Assembly (NCBI GenBank): GCA_963755025.1
Contig: CAVWIH010000011.1
Location: forward strand, 65,074-89,073
Length of the DNA stretch: 24,000 nucleotides
Direction: 5' to 3'
Source: an uncultured Actinomycetes bacterium
GTDB taxonomy: Bacteria; Actinomycetota; Thermoleophilia; UBA2241
The notes beneath the pieces are model-generated. The model was not told the origin of the DNA, ran no database searches, and saw only the letters and a program-made list of their open reading frames with translations. Positions within the stretch are counted from its first letter, which is position 1, and each line of letters opens with the position of its first letter. Position numbers and translations under genes: made by a program. Below, piece after piece: positions 11,618 to 19,387 of this stretch.

Positions 11618-12880
11618 CTAGCGGAAGAGTCGCGGCAGGCGCTGCTTCCAGTCGGCGGGCACGATGGCGTCGAGCGCGTCGTCTAAGGTGACGATGCCGA
11701 TGAGGCGGCCGTCGGCGTCGGTGACCGGCAGCGCCAGCAGGTCGTACTTGGTCATGAGCCGCCCGACCTCGTCTTCTTCGGTGTCGACCGCGGCGCGCGG
11801 CCAGTCGGGGTTCATGAGCGCTTCGAGGGTCTGCTCGGGGGGCGCCAGCACGAGCTCGGGCAGGCTGAGCGCGCCGGCCAGCCGGCCCTCGCCGTCGACC
11901 ACGAAGATCGCCGCCAGCGCCGTGTCGCCGGGCTGCTGCTCGCGGATGCGCACGAGCGCCCCGGCCGCGTCGAGCGCGCCGGGCAGGGCGACGACGTCGG
12001 TCGTCATGAGCGCCCCGGCGGAGTGCTCGGGGTGACTCGCCAGGCCGCGCAGCGCCAGCGCGAGGTCGGCCGGCAGGCGGGCGAGGATCTCTTCGACGAT
12101 CTCGTCGGGCAGGTCGGCCAGCATGTCGGCGGCGTCGTCGGGCTCGATGTGCCCTATGACCGCCGCGGCGCGCTCGCGCGGCATCTCGGCCAGGGCCGCC
12201 GAAGCGAGCTCTTCGTTCATCTCTTCGAGGGTGTCGGCGGCCAGCGGCGCGTTCAGGGCGGCCAGCACGGCGGCGCGCTGCCGGGGGCCGACCTGACCGA
12301 CGATGTCGGCGAGGTCGGCGGGGTGCAGCTTGGCGATCTCGGTGAAAGCGTCGATGAAGTTGGCCTGCGAGAGGCGCACCGAGATGAGGTTGACGTCGGT
12401 CCAGGGCACGAAGTCGCCGGGGCGCGCCGCCAGGCGGCGCGACAAGAAGCCGAGCCCCATGCGCCGCATGACGGCGCCGCTCGAGGCGTCGACGCCGCCC
12501 ACCACGAGGGCGTCGTCGCCCACCCGCAGGACCACGTCCTGCACGCGCACGAACTTGCGACGCTCCACGTCTAAGACCTGGTTGTCGAGCACGGCGTCGA
12601 CCAGGGCGACCTCGTCGCCCGACACCGAGGCGGGTTCGAGCTCGCCGACCGCCGCGGTGAGCATGAGGCGGCGGCCGTCGACGTCGATCTCGCCGATCTG
12701 CGCCCACGAGGCGCGCAGCTGTTCGTCGTCGCGCCCCACGATGAAGGCGGTGACCGCGGGGGGCTCGCTCGACAGCGAGGCGAGCACGTCGAGCAGTTCG
12801 CCCAAGTCGGCGCCGCTGGCGTCGACGACGGTCATGGCCTCGAGCTCGGAAAGCGCTAATCGGCCGGGGTCGGCATCCAC
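11618..12880 (-). CDS. soluble MgtE-N-domain plus CBS-pair protein (no transporter membrane domain)
   Basis: Track ORF 11618..13048. I prefer GTG 12880 (AAAGGA 10-12 nt upstream); TTG 12932 is also possible. MgtE_N-like helical repeat: LHPADLADIVGQVGPRQRAAVLAALNAPLAADTLEEMNEELASAALAEMPRERAAAVIGHIEPDDAADMLADLPDEIVEEILARLP. Two CBS motifs follow (AGALMTTDVVALP..., ...LLALPVTDADGRLIGIVTLDDALDAI). The protein ends without hydrophobic segments. Confidence 0.75.
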   Translation of the reverse strand: MDADPGRLALSELEAMTVVDASGADLGELLDVLASLSSEPPAVTAFIVGRDDEQLRASWAQIGEIDVDGRRLMLTAAVGELEPASVSGDEVALVDAVLDNQVLDVERRKFVRVQDVVLRVGDDALVVGGVDASSGAVMRRMGLGFLSRRLAARPGDFVPWTDVNLISVRLSQANFIDAFTEIAKLHPADLADIVGQVGPRQRAAVLAALNAPLAADTLEEMNEELASAALAEMPRERAAAVIGHIEPDDAADMLADLPDEIVEEILARLPADLALALRGLASHPEHSAGALMTTDVVALPGALDAAGALVRIREQQPGDTALAAIFVVDGEGRLAGALSLPELVLAPPEQTLEALMNPDWPRAAVDTEEDEVGRLMTKYDLLALPVTDADGRLIGIVTLDDALDAIVPADWKQRLPRLFR

Positions 12881-13060
12881 GAACCTGTGGTCGTCCTTTC
12901 TTACGCGAACAGCGGGGGAGCCGCTCAAGATATCGGCGCTCAGGGCGGCTGTCAAACATGGCCGCGGAGGGTCGATTGACCCCCCCCGCCCGGGTCTATT
13001 ACGCTCCCTCTCCGAGGGATCCGGAGGGGGTCTCAAAACCAGCAGCACAGGAGGAGTCGC

Positions 13061-14551
13061 ATGTCAGTGGGGTCCGACACCGTCACCCCGGTTCAAGCGC
13101 CCGGCGGGGGAGCACTCGAGCGCTTTTTCAAGTTCAAGACCAATGGGACCACGCTGCGGCGCGACACGATCGCCGGCCTCACGACCTTCATGGTCATGTC
13201 GTACATCATCTTCGTGAACCCTTCGATCCTGAGTTTCGCCGGCATCCCCAGCCTGGCGCACAAGGGACTGCCGTTCGCCGCCGTGCTCACCTCGACCTGC
13301 CTCGTGGCTGCCGGCATGACGCTCTTCATGGGCCTCTTCACCAACCGCGCGTACGCCCTGGCGCCCGGCCTCGGCATCAACGCCGTGGTCGCCTTCAGCC
13401 TGGTCGCCGCCGGCGGCCTCACCATGCCGCAGGCTATGGGCATCGTCGTGATGGAAGGCATCGTCATCACGATCCTCGTGCTGACCGGGCTGCGCACGGC
13501 CATCTTCAAGGCCATCCCGCTGCAGCTCAAAAAGGCGATCGCCATCGGCATCGGCTTCTTCATCTTGTTCATCGGCCTGGTCGACGGCGGCGTCGTGATC
13601 ATCGGCACGCCCTCGAGCACGCCGCTGCTCCTCGGTAACCTGATCGGCGTGCCGGTGGCAGTCACCATCTTCGGCCTCGTCGTCACCATCATCATGCTGG
13701 CGCGCAAGTGGAAGGCTGCCATCCTGCTGGGCATCCTCTCCTCCACGATCTTCGCCATCATCCTCAACTACGCCTACCACAAGAACCCGTTCGGCACCGA
13801 GACCGCCGTCATTCCCCACAAGATCTTCGCCGCCCCCGACTTCAGCATCGTGGGCCACTTCAGCTTCGGCGCGTTCTCCAAGCTCGGCATCGCCGCCACG
13901 ATCCTCTGGGTCTTCAGCCTCATGCTGTCCGACTTCTTCGACACCATGGGCACGCTGATCGGCGTGGGCGGCCAGGCCGGCTACCTCGACAAGAACGGCG
14001 ACCTCCCGCAGGTCGTGCGGCCCCTGGTCGTCGACTCCATCGCCGCCATCGCCGGCGGCGTCGTGTCGTCGTCGTCGGCCACCACCTACATCGAGTCGGG
14101 CTCGGGCGTGGGCGTCGGCGGACGCACCGGCTGGGTCGGGGTGATCGTCGCCCTGCTGTTCGCGGTCGCCATGTTCTTCTCGCCGATCGCCGGCGTGGTG
14201 CCCGCTAACGCGACGGCGCCCGCCCTGATCATCGTCGGCTACATGATGATGCGCACCCTCACCGAGGGCGAGGGCATGGCCGAGCACGAAGACAGCGGCC
14301 ACAAGAAGGCCTTCTCGGGCATCGACTTCTCCGACCTGGCGTTCGGCCTGCCGGCCGTGCTGACCATGACCATCATGCCGCTCACCTACAGCATCACGAA
14401 CGGCATCGGCGCCGGCTTCATCGCCTACGTCATCATCCGCGTCTCGCAGGGCAAGGCCAAGGCCGTGAGCTGGATGATGTACGCGGCCGCCATCGGGTTC
14501 CTCATCTACTTCATGTTCCCGTTCATCCGCCAGGTCTTCAACCTGGGCTGA
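13061..14551 (+). CDS. NCS2/AzgA-family purine (adenine/guanine/hypoxanthine) permease
   Basis: 496-aa track ORF with AGGAGG 6 nt upstream of the ATG. N-terminal hallmark: LERFFKFKTNGTTLRRDTIAGLTTFMVMSYIIFVNPSIL. About 12-13 hydrophobic spans, including TATTYIESGSGVGVGGRTG. Confidence 0.85.
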   Translation: MSVGSDTVTPVQAPGGGALERFFKFKTNGTTLRRDTIAGLTTFMVMSYIIFVNPSILSFAGIPSLAHKGLPFAAVLTSTCLVAAGMTLFMGLFTNRAYALAPGLGINAVVAFSLVAAGGLTMPQAMGIVVMEGIVITILVLTGLRTAIFKAIPLQLKKAIAIGIGFFILFIGLVDGGVVIIGTPSSTPLLLGNLIGVPVAVTIFGLVVTIIMLARKWKAAILLGILSSTIFAIILNYAYHKNPFGTETAVIPHKIFAAPDFSIVGHFSFGAFSKLGIAATILWVFSLMLSDFFDTMGTLIGVGGQAGYLDKNGDLPQVVRPLVVDSIAAIAGGVVSSSSATTYIESGSGVGVGGRTGWVGVIVALLFAVAMFFSPIAGVVPANATAPALIIVGYMMMRTLTEGEGMAEHEDSGHKKAFSGIDFSDLAFGLPAVLTMTIMPLTYSITNGIGAGFIAYVIIRVSQGKAKAVSWMMYAAAIGFLIYFMFPFIRQVFNLG

Positions 14552-14572
14552 CCTTCGCGCGGTAGCACCGAC

Positions 14573-14618
14573 GCGGAGGGCGGGGCGGCCTGGCGGCCGC
14601 CCCGCCCTCCGCTTTTTT
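14573..14618 (+). terminator. rho-independent terminator after the permease gene
   Basis: Perfect 18-bp GC-rich stem: gcggagggcggggcggcc (14573..14590) pairs with ggccgccccgccctccgc (14595..14612). The loop is tggc, followed by TTTTTT (14613..14618). It starts 22 nt after the stop codon. Confidence 0.9.
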
Positions 14619-14631
14619 GTCGGGGCTCTCC

Positions 14632-14711
14632 CCCGCCGCCGCCTCGGCGACCGCCCGTACGGCCGCTCGGTAAGCGCCTCCCGCCGCCGCCTCGGCGACC
14701 GCCCGTACGGC
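14632..14711. repeat. 32-bp perfect direct repeat, two copies 48 bp apart, between terminator and next gene
   Basis: cccgccgccgcctcggcgaccgcccgtacggc occurs at 14632..14663 and again at 14680..14711. Each copy is followed at a different distance by GGTAAGC (14668..14674 and 14737..14743). Confidence 0.85.
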
Positions 14712-14735
14712 GACGCCGGGGGCCCGCGGACGACG

Positions 14736-14744
14736 TGGTAAGCT
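14736..14744 (+). promoter_or_regulatory. candidate extended -10 (TGGTAAGCT) giving a leaderless or near-leaderless transcript for the CaCA gene
   Basis: The TGnTAnnnT pattern ends 9 nt before ATG 14754. There is no Shine-Dalgarno between them (ccccggacc). Same extended -10 style as the ino1 candidate. Inference only. Confidence 0.35.
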
Positions 14745-14753
14745 CCCCGGACC

Positions 14754-15749
14754 ATGACCGTCGTTTATCTCCTGGCCGCCCTCGCCATCATCCTGCTGTC
14801 CGCCGAGCTGTTCACGAACGGCGTCGAGTGGTTCGGGCGGCGGTTCGAGCTCGGCGAGGGCGCGGTGGGCAGCGTGCTCGCCGCGGTCGGCACGGCGCTG
14901 CCGGAGACCCTCATCCCGGTCATCGCCATCCTCTTCACCCACACGTCGGGCTCGCACGACATCGGCATCGGGGCCATCCTCGGGGCGCCCTTCATGCTGT
15001 CGAGCCTCACTATGGTGGTCACGGGCACAGCCGTCGTGGTCTTCTACTTTCGCGGACGGCGCTCGCTCGATTTTTCGGTGAACGAGCCGGTGCTGCGCCG
15101 CGACCTCTCGTTCTTTGTGGTCGCCTACGGCCTCGCCATGATCGCCGGCGCCATTCCGGTGCATCACTTCAAGTGGATCCTGTCGCCCTGCCTCATGGCC
15201 GCTTACGGCGTGTACGTGTGGCGCACCATGAAGGGCGGCGGTCAGCTAGAGGGCGAGACCAAGCCGCTCTACTTTCACCGCCACCCGGTCATGCCGCACC
15301 GCCGGCGCATCATCTTGCAGGTCGTGGTGGCGACGCTCGGCATCATCATCGGGGCGCGCTTCTTCGTGGGCCAGGTGCAGCACGTGAGCTCCACGCTGGG
15401 GCTCGACCCGCTGATCGTGTCGCTCATCCTGAGCCCGCTCGCCACCGAGCTGCCCGAGAAGTTCAACTCGGTGATCTGGGTGCGCCAGGGCAAGGACACG
15501 CTGGCGCTGGGCAACATCACGGGCGCGATGGTGTTCCAGAGCACGTTCCCGGTGTCGATCGGCCTGATCTTCACGTCGTGGGAGCTCACGCGCACGGGCC
15601 TCATCAGCGGGGTGCTCGCCCTGGTCTCGGGCTCGGTCTTTTACCTGCAGCTACGCATACGGCACAAGCTGACCTGGTTCACCTTAGCCGGCGCGGGCTC
15701 GATGTACGCGATCTACCTGATCTACGTGATCTTCATCGCCAGGGTCTGA
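14754..15749 (+). CDS. Ca2+/cation antiporter (CaCA, Na+/Ca2+ exchanger family) membrane protein
   Basis: 331-aa track ORF with the two alpha-repeat signatures GSVLAAVGTALPETLIPVIA and LILSPLATELPEKFNSVIW. About 10 hydrophobic spans with a central hydrophilic loop. Confidence 0.8.
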   Translation: MTVVYLLAALAIILLSAELFTNGVEWFGRRFELGEGAVGSVLAAVGTALPETLIPVIAILFTHTSGSHDIGIGAILGAPFMLSSLTMVVTGTAVVVFYFRGRRSLDFSVNEPVLRRDLSFFVVAYGLAMIAGAIPVHHFKWILSPCLMAAYGVYVWRTMKGGGQLEGETKPLYFHRHPVMPHRRRIILQVVVATLGIIIGARFFVGQVQHVSSTLGLDPLIVSLILSPLATELPEKFNSVIWVRQGKDTLALGNITGAMVFQSTFPVSIGLIFTSWELTRTGLISGVLALVSGSVFYLQLRIRHKLTWFTLAGAGSMYAIYLIYVIFIARV

Positions 15750-15753
15750 CGGC

Positions 15754-15830
15754 GCGCGAACGGCAGAGCGCGCGAACGGCACGGCGGCGGAACGGCAGAA
15801 CGCGCCAGCGGCAGGGCGCGAGCGGCAGAA
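15754..15830. repeat. five imperfect ~16-bp tandem units (GCGCGAACGGCAGA-like) in a convergent intergenic region
   Basis: The core (g/c)a(a/g)cggca(g/c) starts at 15758, 15774, 15790, 15806 and 15820 (periods 16, 16, 16, 14). The region lies between the CaCA stop (15749) and the pknB stop (15907). Confidence 0.7.
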
Positions 15831-15906
15831 GGGGCGAACGACGAAGCGGGCGCGTCGGGCGGCGAAGCCCTGAGACCGGCGACTCGAGCGGCGCGGGGTC
15901 GCGCGA

Positions 15907-17886
15907 CTACTGCGTGACCCAGATGGTGACCGTGCTGCCGGCCGGCGCCGAGCCGCTGCTGGGGCTCTGCTTGTAGACGAACCCCGAACCGAGGCTGCTC
16001 GGTCCCTTCTTGATCGCCACCACGAAGCCGTCGTTGGTGAGGGTCTGCTCGGCCAGGGTCTGCGGCTCGGTGACCACGCTGGGCACCGGGACCGGCGTGC
16101 CGGTCGGGCTGCCCGAGGTGGTCGGCGTGGGAGTGGGCGTGCCGCTGCTGATCGTGAACGACACCGTGGCGCCCCTGGCGACGAGCACGTTGGCCGACGG
16201 GCTCTGACTGACCACCTGTCCGACCGGCACGGAGCTGCTCGTCGTCGAGTTGATCGTGCCGACGAGCAGTCCGGCGTTCTGGATGGCGGTGGTCGCCTGA
16301 CTCTGGTCGAGCCCCGAGAGGTCGGGCACGCTGACCTGCGGCTGGCCGCGACTCACCCAGTAGTCGACGGTGTCGCCCCGGTTGACCGTGACCCCGGCCT
16401 GCGGGCTCTGCTTGTAGACCTCGCCCTTGGGCACGGTCGTCGAGCTGCCCGCGTGCTCTTTGCCCACCAGACCGTTCGCAGCGAGGTAGGTCTTGACGGC
16501 GGCCGGCGTGAAGCCGGTCAGGCTCTCGAGTGTCGTCGAAGCCCTGCCGCGGCTCACCCAGATGTCGACCATGCCGCCCTTGGCCAGCTTGGCGCCGCTC
16601 GGCGGCTGCTGGCGGGTGACGAGCCCGACGCCGTACTGGTCGGAGTAGTCGTTGTGGACCGTGACGGCAAAGCCGGCGGTGCGCAGCTGCGTGGTGGCGG
16701 CCGCCTGGGCCTGGCCCACGACCGAAGGCACGCCGGTGGTGGTGGCGCCGAAGAACGAGCGCCACACGAAGGCGCCGGCCACCGCGGCGATCACAAGAAA
16801 GGCGATCACCGCGATCCAGGGCCACACCGAGCGTTTGCGGCGCCGGCCGTCGCGGCCGTTGCCGCCCTGGCCGTTGCCGCGACCGTTCGTGGTGCGGCCG
16901 TTCGCGGCGGCGGTACCCGCCGCCGCGCCCGCGCCGGCCGCCAGGCCGGCGCCCACGGCGGCCTTGGGCAGCACGCGCGTGGCGCCCTCGTTGCCGGCCG
17001 GCGACTGCACGATGGTGCGCTCCATCGACGGGTCGTAGGTGGCGGCGAGCAACGGCCCGCCGCTGCGCGCCGACACGAGGTCGGCGCTGAACTCGGCGGC
17101 CGTGCGGTAGCGCAGGTCGGGGTCTTTGGCGAGCGCCTTGATCACGATCTGGTTGAGCGAGTACGGCAGCCCGGGCACGAGCTCGACGGGCTCGGGCGGC
17201 TGTTCGTTGACGTGCTTCAGGGCCACCGTGACGGCGCTGTCGCCGCGGAAGGGCAGCGAGCCGGTGAGCATCTCGAAGACGACGACGCCCACCGAGTACA
17301 GGTCGGTGCGTTCGTCGACGGGCTCGCCCTTGGCCTGCTCGGGCGCCAGGTACTGGGCGGTGCCCAGAATGGAGCCGGCCTCGGTCATCTGCGAGTCGTC
17401 GGCCTTGGCGATGCCGAAGTCGGTGACCTTCACCGCGCCGCTCGTGTCGATCAGGATGTTCTGCGACTTGATGTCGCGGTGCACGATGTGGTTGGCGTGG
17501 GCGACCTCGACGGCGCCGAGCAGCTCAAGGGCTATGCGGACGGCCTCGCCGGGGCCGTAGCGGCCCTCGCGGCGGATGTGGTCTTTGAGCGTCTCGCCCT
17601 CGACGTACTCCATGACGATGTAGTACGTGCCGTCGACCGGGCCCCAGTCGTAGATGTTGACGATGTTGGGGTGGTTGATGCGGGCCGCGGCCTGGGCCTC
17701 GCGGCGAAAGCGCTCGACGAACTGGGCGTCGCCCGCGTAGCGCTGGAGCAGCACCTTGACCGCCACGCGCCGGCCGAGCGTCGTGTCTTCGGCAAGGTAG
17801 ACGTCGGCCATGCCGCCCGCGCCGAGCTTGCGCAGCACGCGGTAGCGGCCGGCGATGACCTGTCCTTGTTCGAATCCGTCCGTCAA
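15907..17886 (-). CDS. pknB: Ser/Thr protein kinase with four extracellular PASTA domains
   Basis: 659-aa track ORF with a TTG start. Kinase motifs: [39 protein letters not shown] segment follows ([21 protein letters not shown]), then four PASTA-like repeats, each ending in a ..V.(Y/I)WVS(R)G-type strand. Confidence 0.9.
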   Translation of the reverse strand: MTDGFEQGQVIAGRYRVLRKLGAGGMADVYLAEDTTLGRRVAVKVLLQRYAGDAQFVERFRREAQAAARINHPNIVNIYDWGPVDGTYYIVMEYVEGETLKDHIRREGRYGPGEAVRIALELLGAVEVAHANHIVHRDIKSQNILIDTSGAVKVTDFGIAKADDSQMTEAGSILGTAQYLAPEQAKGEPVDERTDLYSVGVVVFEMLTGSLPFRGDSAVTVALKHVNEQPPEPVELVPGLPYSLNQIVIKALAKDPDLRYRTAAEFSADLVSARSGGPLLAATYDPSMERTIVQSPAGNEGATRVLPKAAVGAGLAAGAGAAAGTAAANGRTTNGRGNGQGGNGRDGRRRKRSVWPWIAVIAFLVIAAVAGAFVWRSFFGATTTGVPSVVGQAQAAATTQLRTAGFAVTVHNDYSDQYGVGLVTRQQPPSGAKLAKGGMVDIWVSRGRASTTLESLTGFTPAAVKTYLAANGLVGKEHAGSSTTVPKGEVYKQSPQAGVTVNRGDTVDYWVSRGQPQVSVPDLSGLDQSQATTAIQNAGLLVGTINSTTSSSVPVGQVVSQSPSANVLVARGATVSFTISSGTPTPTPTTSGSPTGTPVPVPSVVTEPQTLAEQTLTNDGFVVAIKKGPSSLGSGFVYKQSPSSGSAPAGSTVTIWVTQ

Positions 17887-17947
17887 AAGCTCCTCGCCTT
17901 CAACTTACCACACCGGCTCATCGACTCCTGCCCGGCCGAGCCGCCGC

Positions 17948-19378
17948 TCACGGCAGCGCGGGCTGGGCCAGCGCCGCCTTGATGACCTGCGCCGCGAGCG
18001 GCGCGGCCACGTCGCCGCCGGTGAACTGCGTGTTCTCGATGGTCACCGCGACGGCGATCCTGGGATGGTCGGCCGGCGCGAAGGCGATGAACCAGGCGAC
18101 GTTGCTGTTGCCGCGCTGCGCCGTGCCGGTCTTGCCCGCCACCTGGATGCCCGACAGGGCGGCGGCGGTGCCGGTGCCGGCGTTCACGACCTGCTGCATC
18201 ATGACGTTCAGGGTCTGCGCGGTGGCCGGCGTGGTGGCGATCGTCCACAGGCTCGGCTGCGCGCGCTGCAGCACCGCGCCCGAGGGCGCCGTGACGCGCT
18301 GCACCAGGTAGGGCTTCATGACCCGGCCGGCGTCGGCCACGCCGGCGGCCACCAGCGCCATCTGCAGCGGGGTGGCCAGCACGTTCTCCTGACCGACGGC
18401 GGCCCAGGCCACGTCGAGCGGGTTCATGGCGGCGCCGGCCGACAGCAGGTGGGGGCCCTTGAAGCGGCCGCTCGGGTAGACCATGCCGCGCGGCAGCTCG
18501 AGCGGCGGCGTCTGGTAAAAGCCGTAGGCCCGCATCTGCGCGATAAGCGCCTGCTGGCCGATCAGCGTGCCCACCTTGGCGAAGGTCGTGTTGACCGAGT
18601 CGGTCAGGGCCTCGGTGAAGTCGTGCGTGCCGAAGACCTCGCCGTGGTAGTTGGTGACCTTGCCGCCGTAGATGGCGTACGTGCCGGTGTCGTCGAAGCT
18701 CGTGGTCGGCGTGACCTTGCCCAGGTTGAGCGCGGCGGTCGCGGTCACCACCTTGAACGACGAGCCCGGCGGGTAGAGGCCCTGCGTGACGCGCGACAGC
18801 AGCGGCGCGCCGGCGTCTTTGGAGAGGCGTGCGAAGCTCGTGTCGATCGTCGCCGGGTCGTAGCTGGGCGCCGAGGCGGCGGCGATGATCGCGCCGGTGC
18901 TGGGGTCGAGCGCCACGATGGCCCCGACCTGCGAGCCCAGGGCGCTCTGCGCCACCTTCTGCACGGCCGGCACGATGGTGAGCCGCACGTTGGCGCCCGG
19001 GCTGTGGCGGCCGAGCACCTTGTCGATCAGCCCCTGCGTGCCCAGGTCGGCGCCGCTCAGGTAGGCGTTCATCGACGACTCTATGCCGGTCAGCCCGTAG
19101 CGCACGCTGTCGTAGCCCACGATCTGCGGCGCCAGCGGGCCCTGCGGATAGGTGCGCGAGTAAAAGCCCGAGCGCTGCGCGTCGCCCACGATCGTCGAGC
19201 CGTCGAAGCCCTGGATGAGGCCGCGCTTGACGCGCAACTGCTGGGCGATCAGGCGGTGGTTCTCGGGGGCGTGCTGCAGCGCCTTGGCGTGGAAGACCTG
19301 GAGCCACACGAGGTTGCCCATGAGGGCGATCATGAGGAGCGTCCCCACGAGGAAGATGCGATTGATGGCGCGGTCCAT
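17948..19378 (-). CDS. pbpA: class B penicillin-binding protein (transpeptidase), PbpA-like
   Basis: 476-aa track ORF with an N-terminal TM anchor. Motifs SSFK (SxxK), SVN (SxN) and KTGTA (KTG). A GGGGGAG RBS overlaps the rodA stop. Confidence 0.9.
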   Translation of the reverse strand: MDRAINRIFLVGTLLMIALMGNLVWLQVFHAKALQHAPENHRLIAQQLRVKRGLIQGFDGSTIVGDAQRSGFYSRTYPQGPLAPQIVGYDSVRYGLTGIESSMNAYLSGADLGTQGLIDKVLGRHSPGANVRLTIVPAVQKVAQSALGSQVGAIVALDPSTGAIIAAASAPSYDPATIDTSFARLSKDAGAPLLSRVTQGLYPPGSSFKVVTATAALNLGKVTPTTSFDDTGTYAIYGGKVTNYHGEVFGTHDFTEALTDSVNTTFAKVGTLIGQQALIAQMRAYGFYQTPPLELPRGMVYPSGRFKGPHLLSAGAAMNPLDVAWAAVGQENVLATPLQMALVAAGVADAGRVMKPYLVQRVTAPSGAVLQRAQPSLWTIATTPATAQTLNVMMQQVVNAGTGTAAALSGIQVAGKTGTAQRGNSNVAWFIAFAPADHPRIAVAVTIENTQFTGGDVAAPLAAQVIKAALAQPALP

Positions 19379-19387
19379 CGGCTCCCC

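Noticed and set aside
12940-13060. Purine or guanine riboswitch in front of the AzgA-type permease.
   Set aside because: The conserved three-way-junction sequences and loop-loop motifs of purine riboswitches are not present. Only a simple hairpin is visible. This should still be confirmed with a covariance-model scan.
13064-14755. 563-aa minus-strand ORF antisense to the permease gene. Similar long antisense or off-frame ORFs: 17855..20029 (+), 16453..17982 (+), 2235..3542 (+), 3374..4765 (+), 11400..12959 (-), 4204..5358 (-), 6528..7580 (-), 14538..15167 (-).
   Set aside because: Their translations are dominated by Arg, Gly, Ala, Pro, Asp and His runs with no recognisable motifs. Each fully overlaps a gene with clear family signatures. 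Long spurious ORFs are expected in very GC-rich DNA because stop codons are rare.
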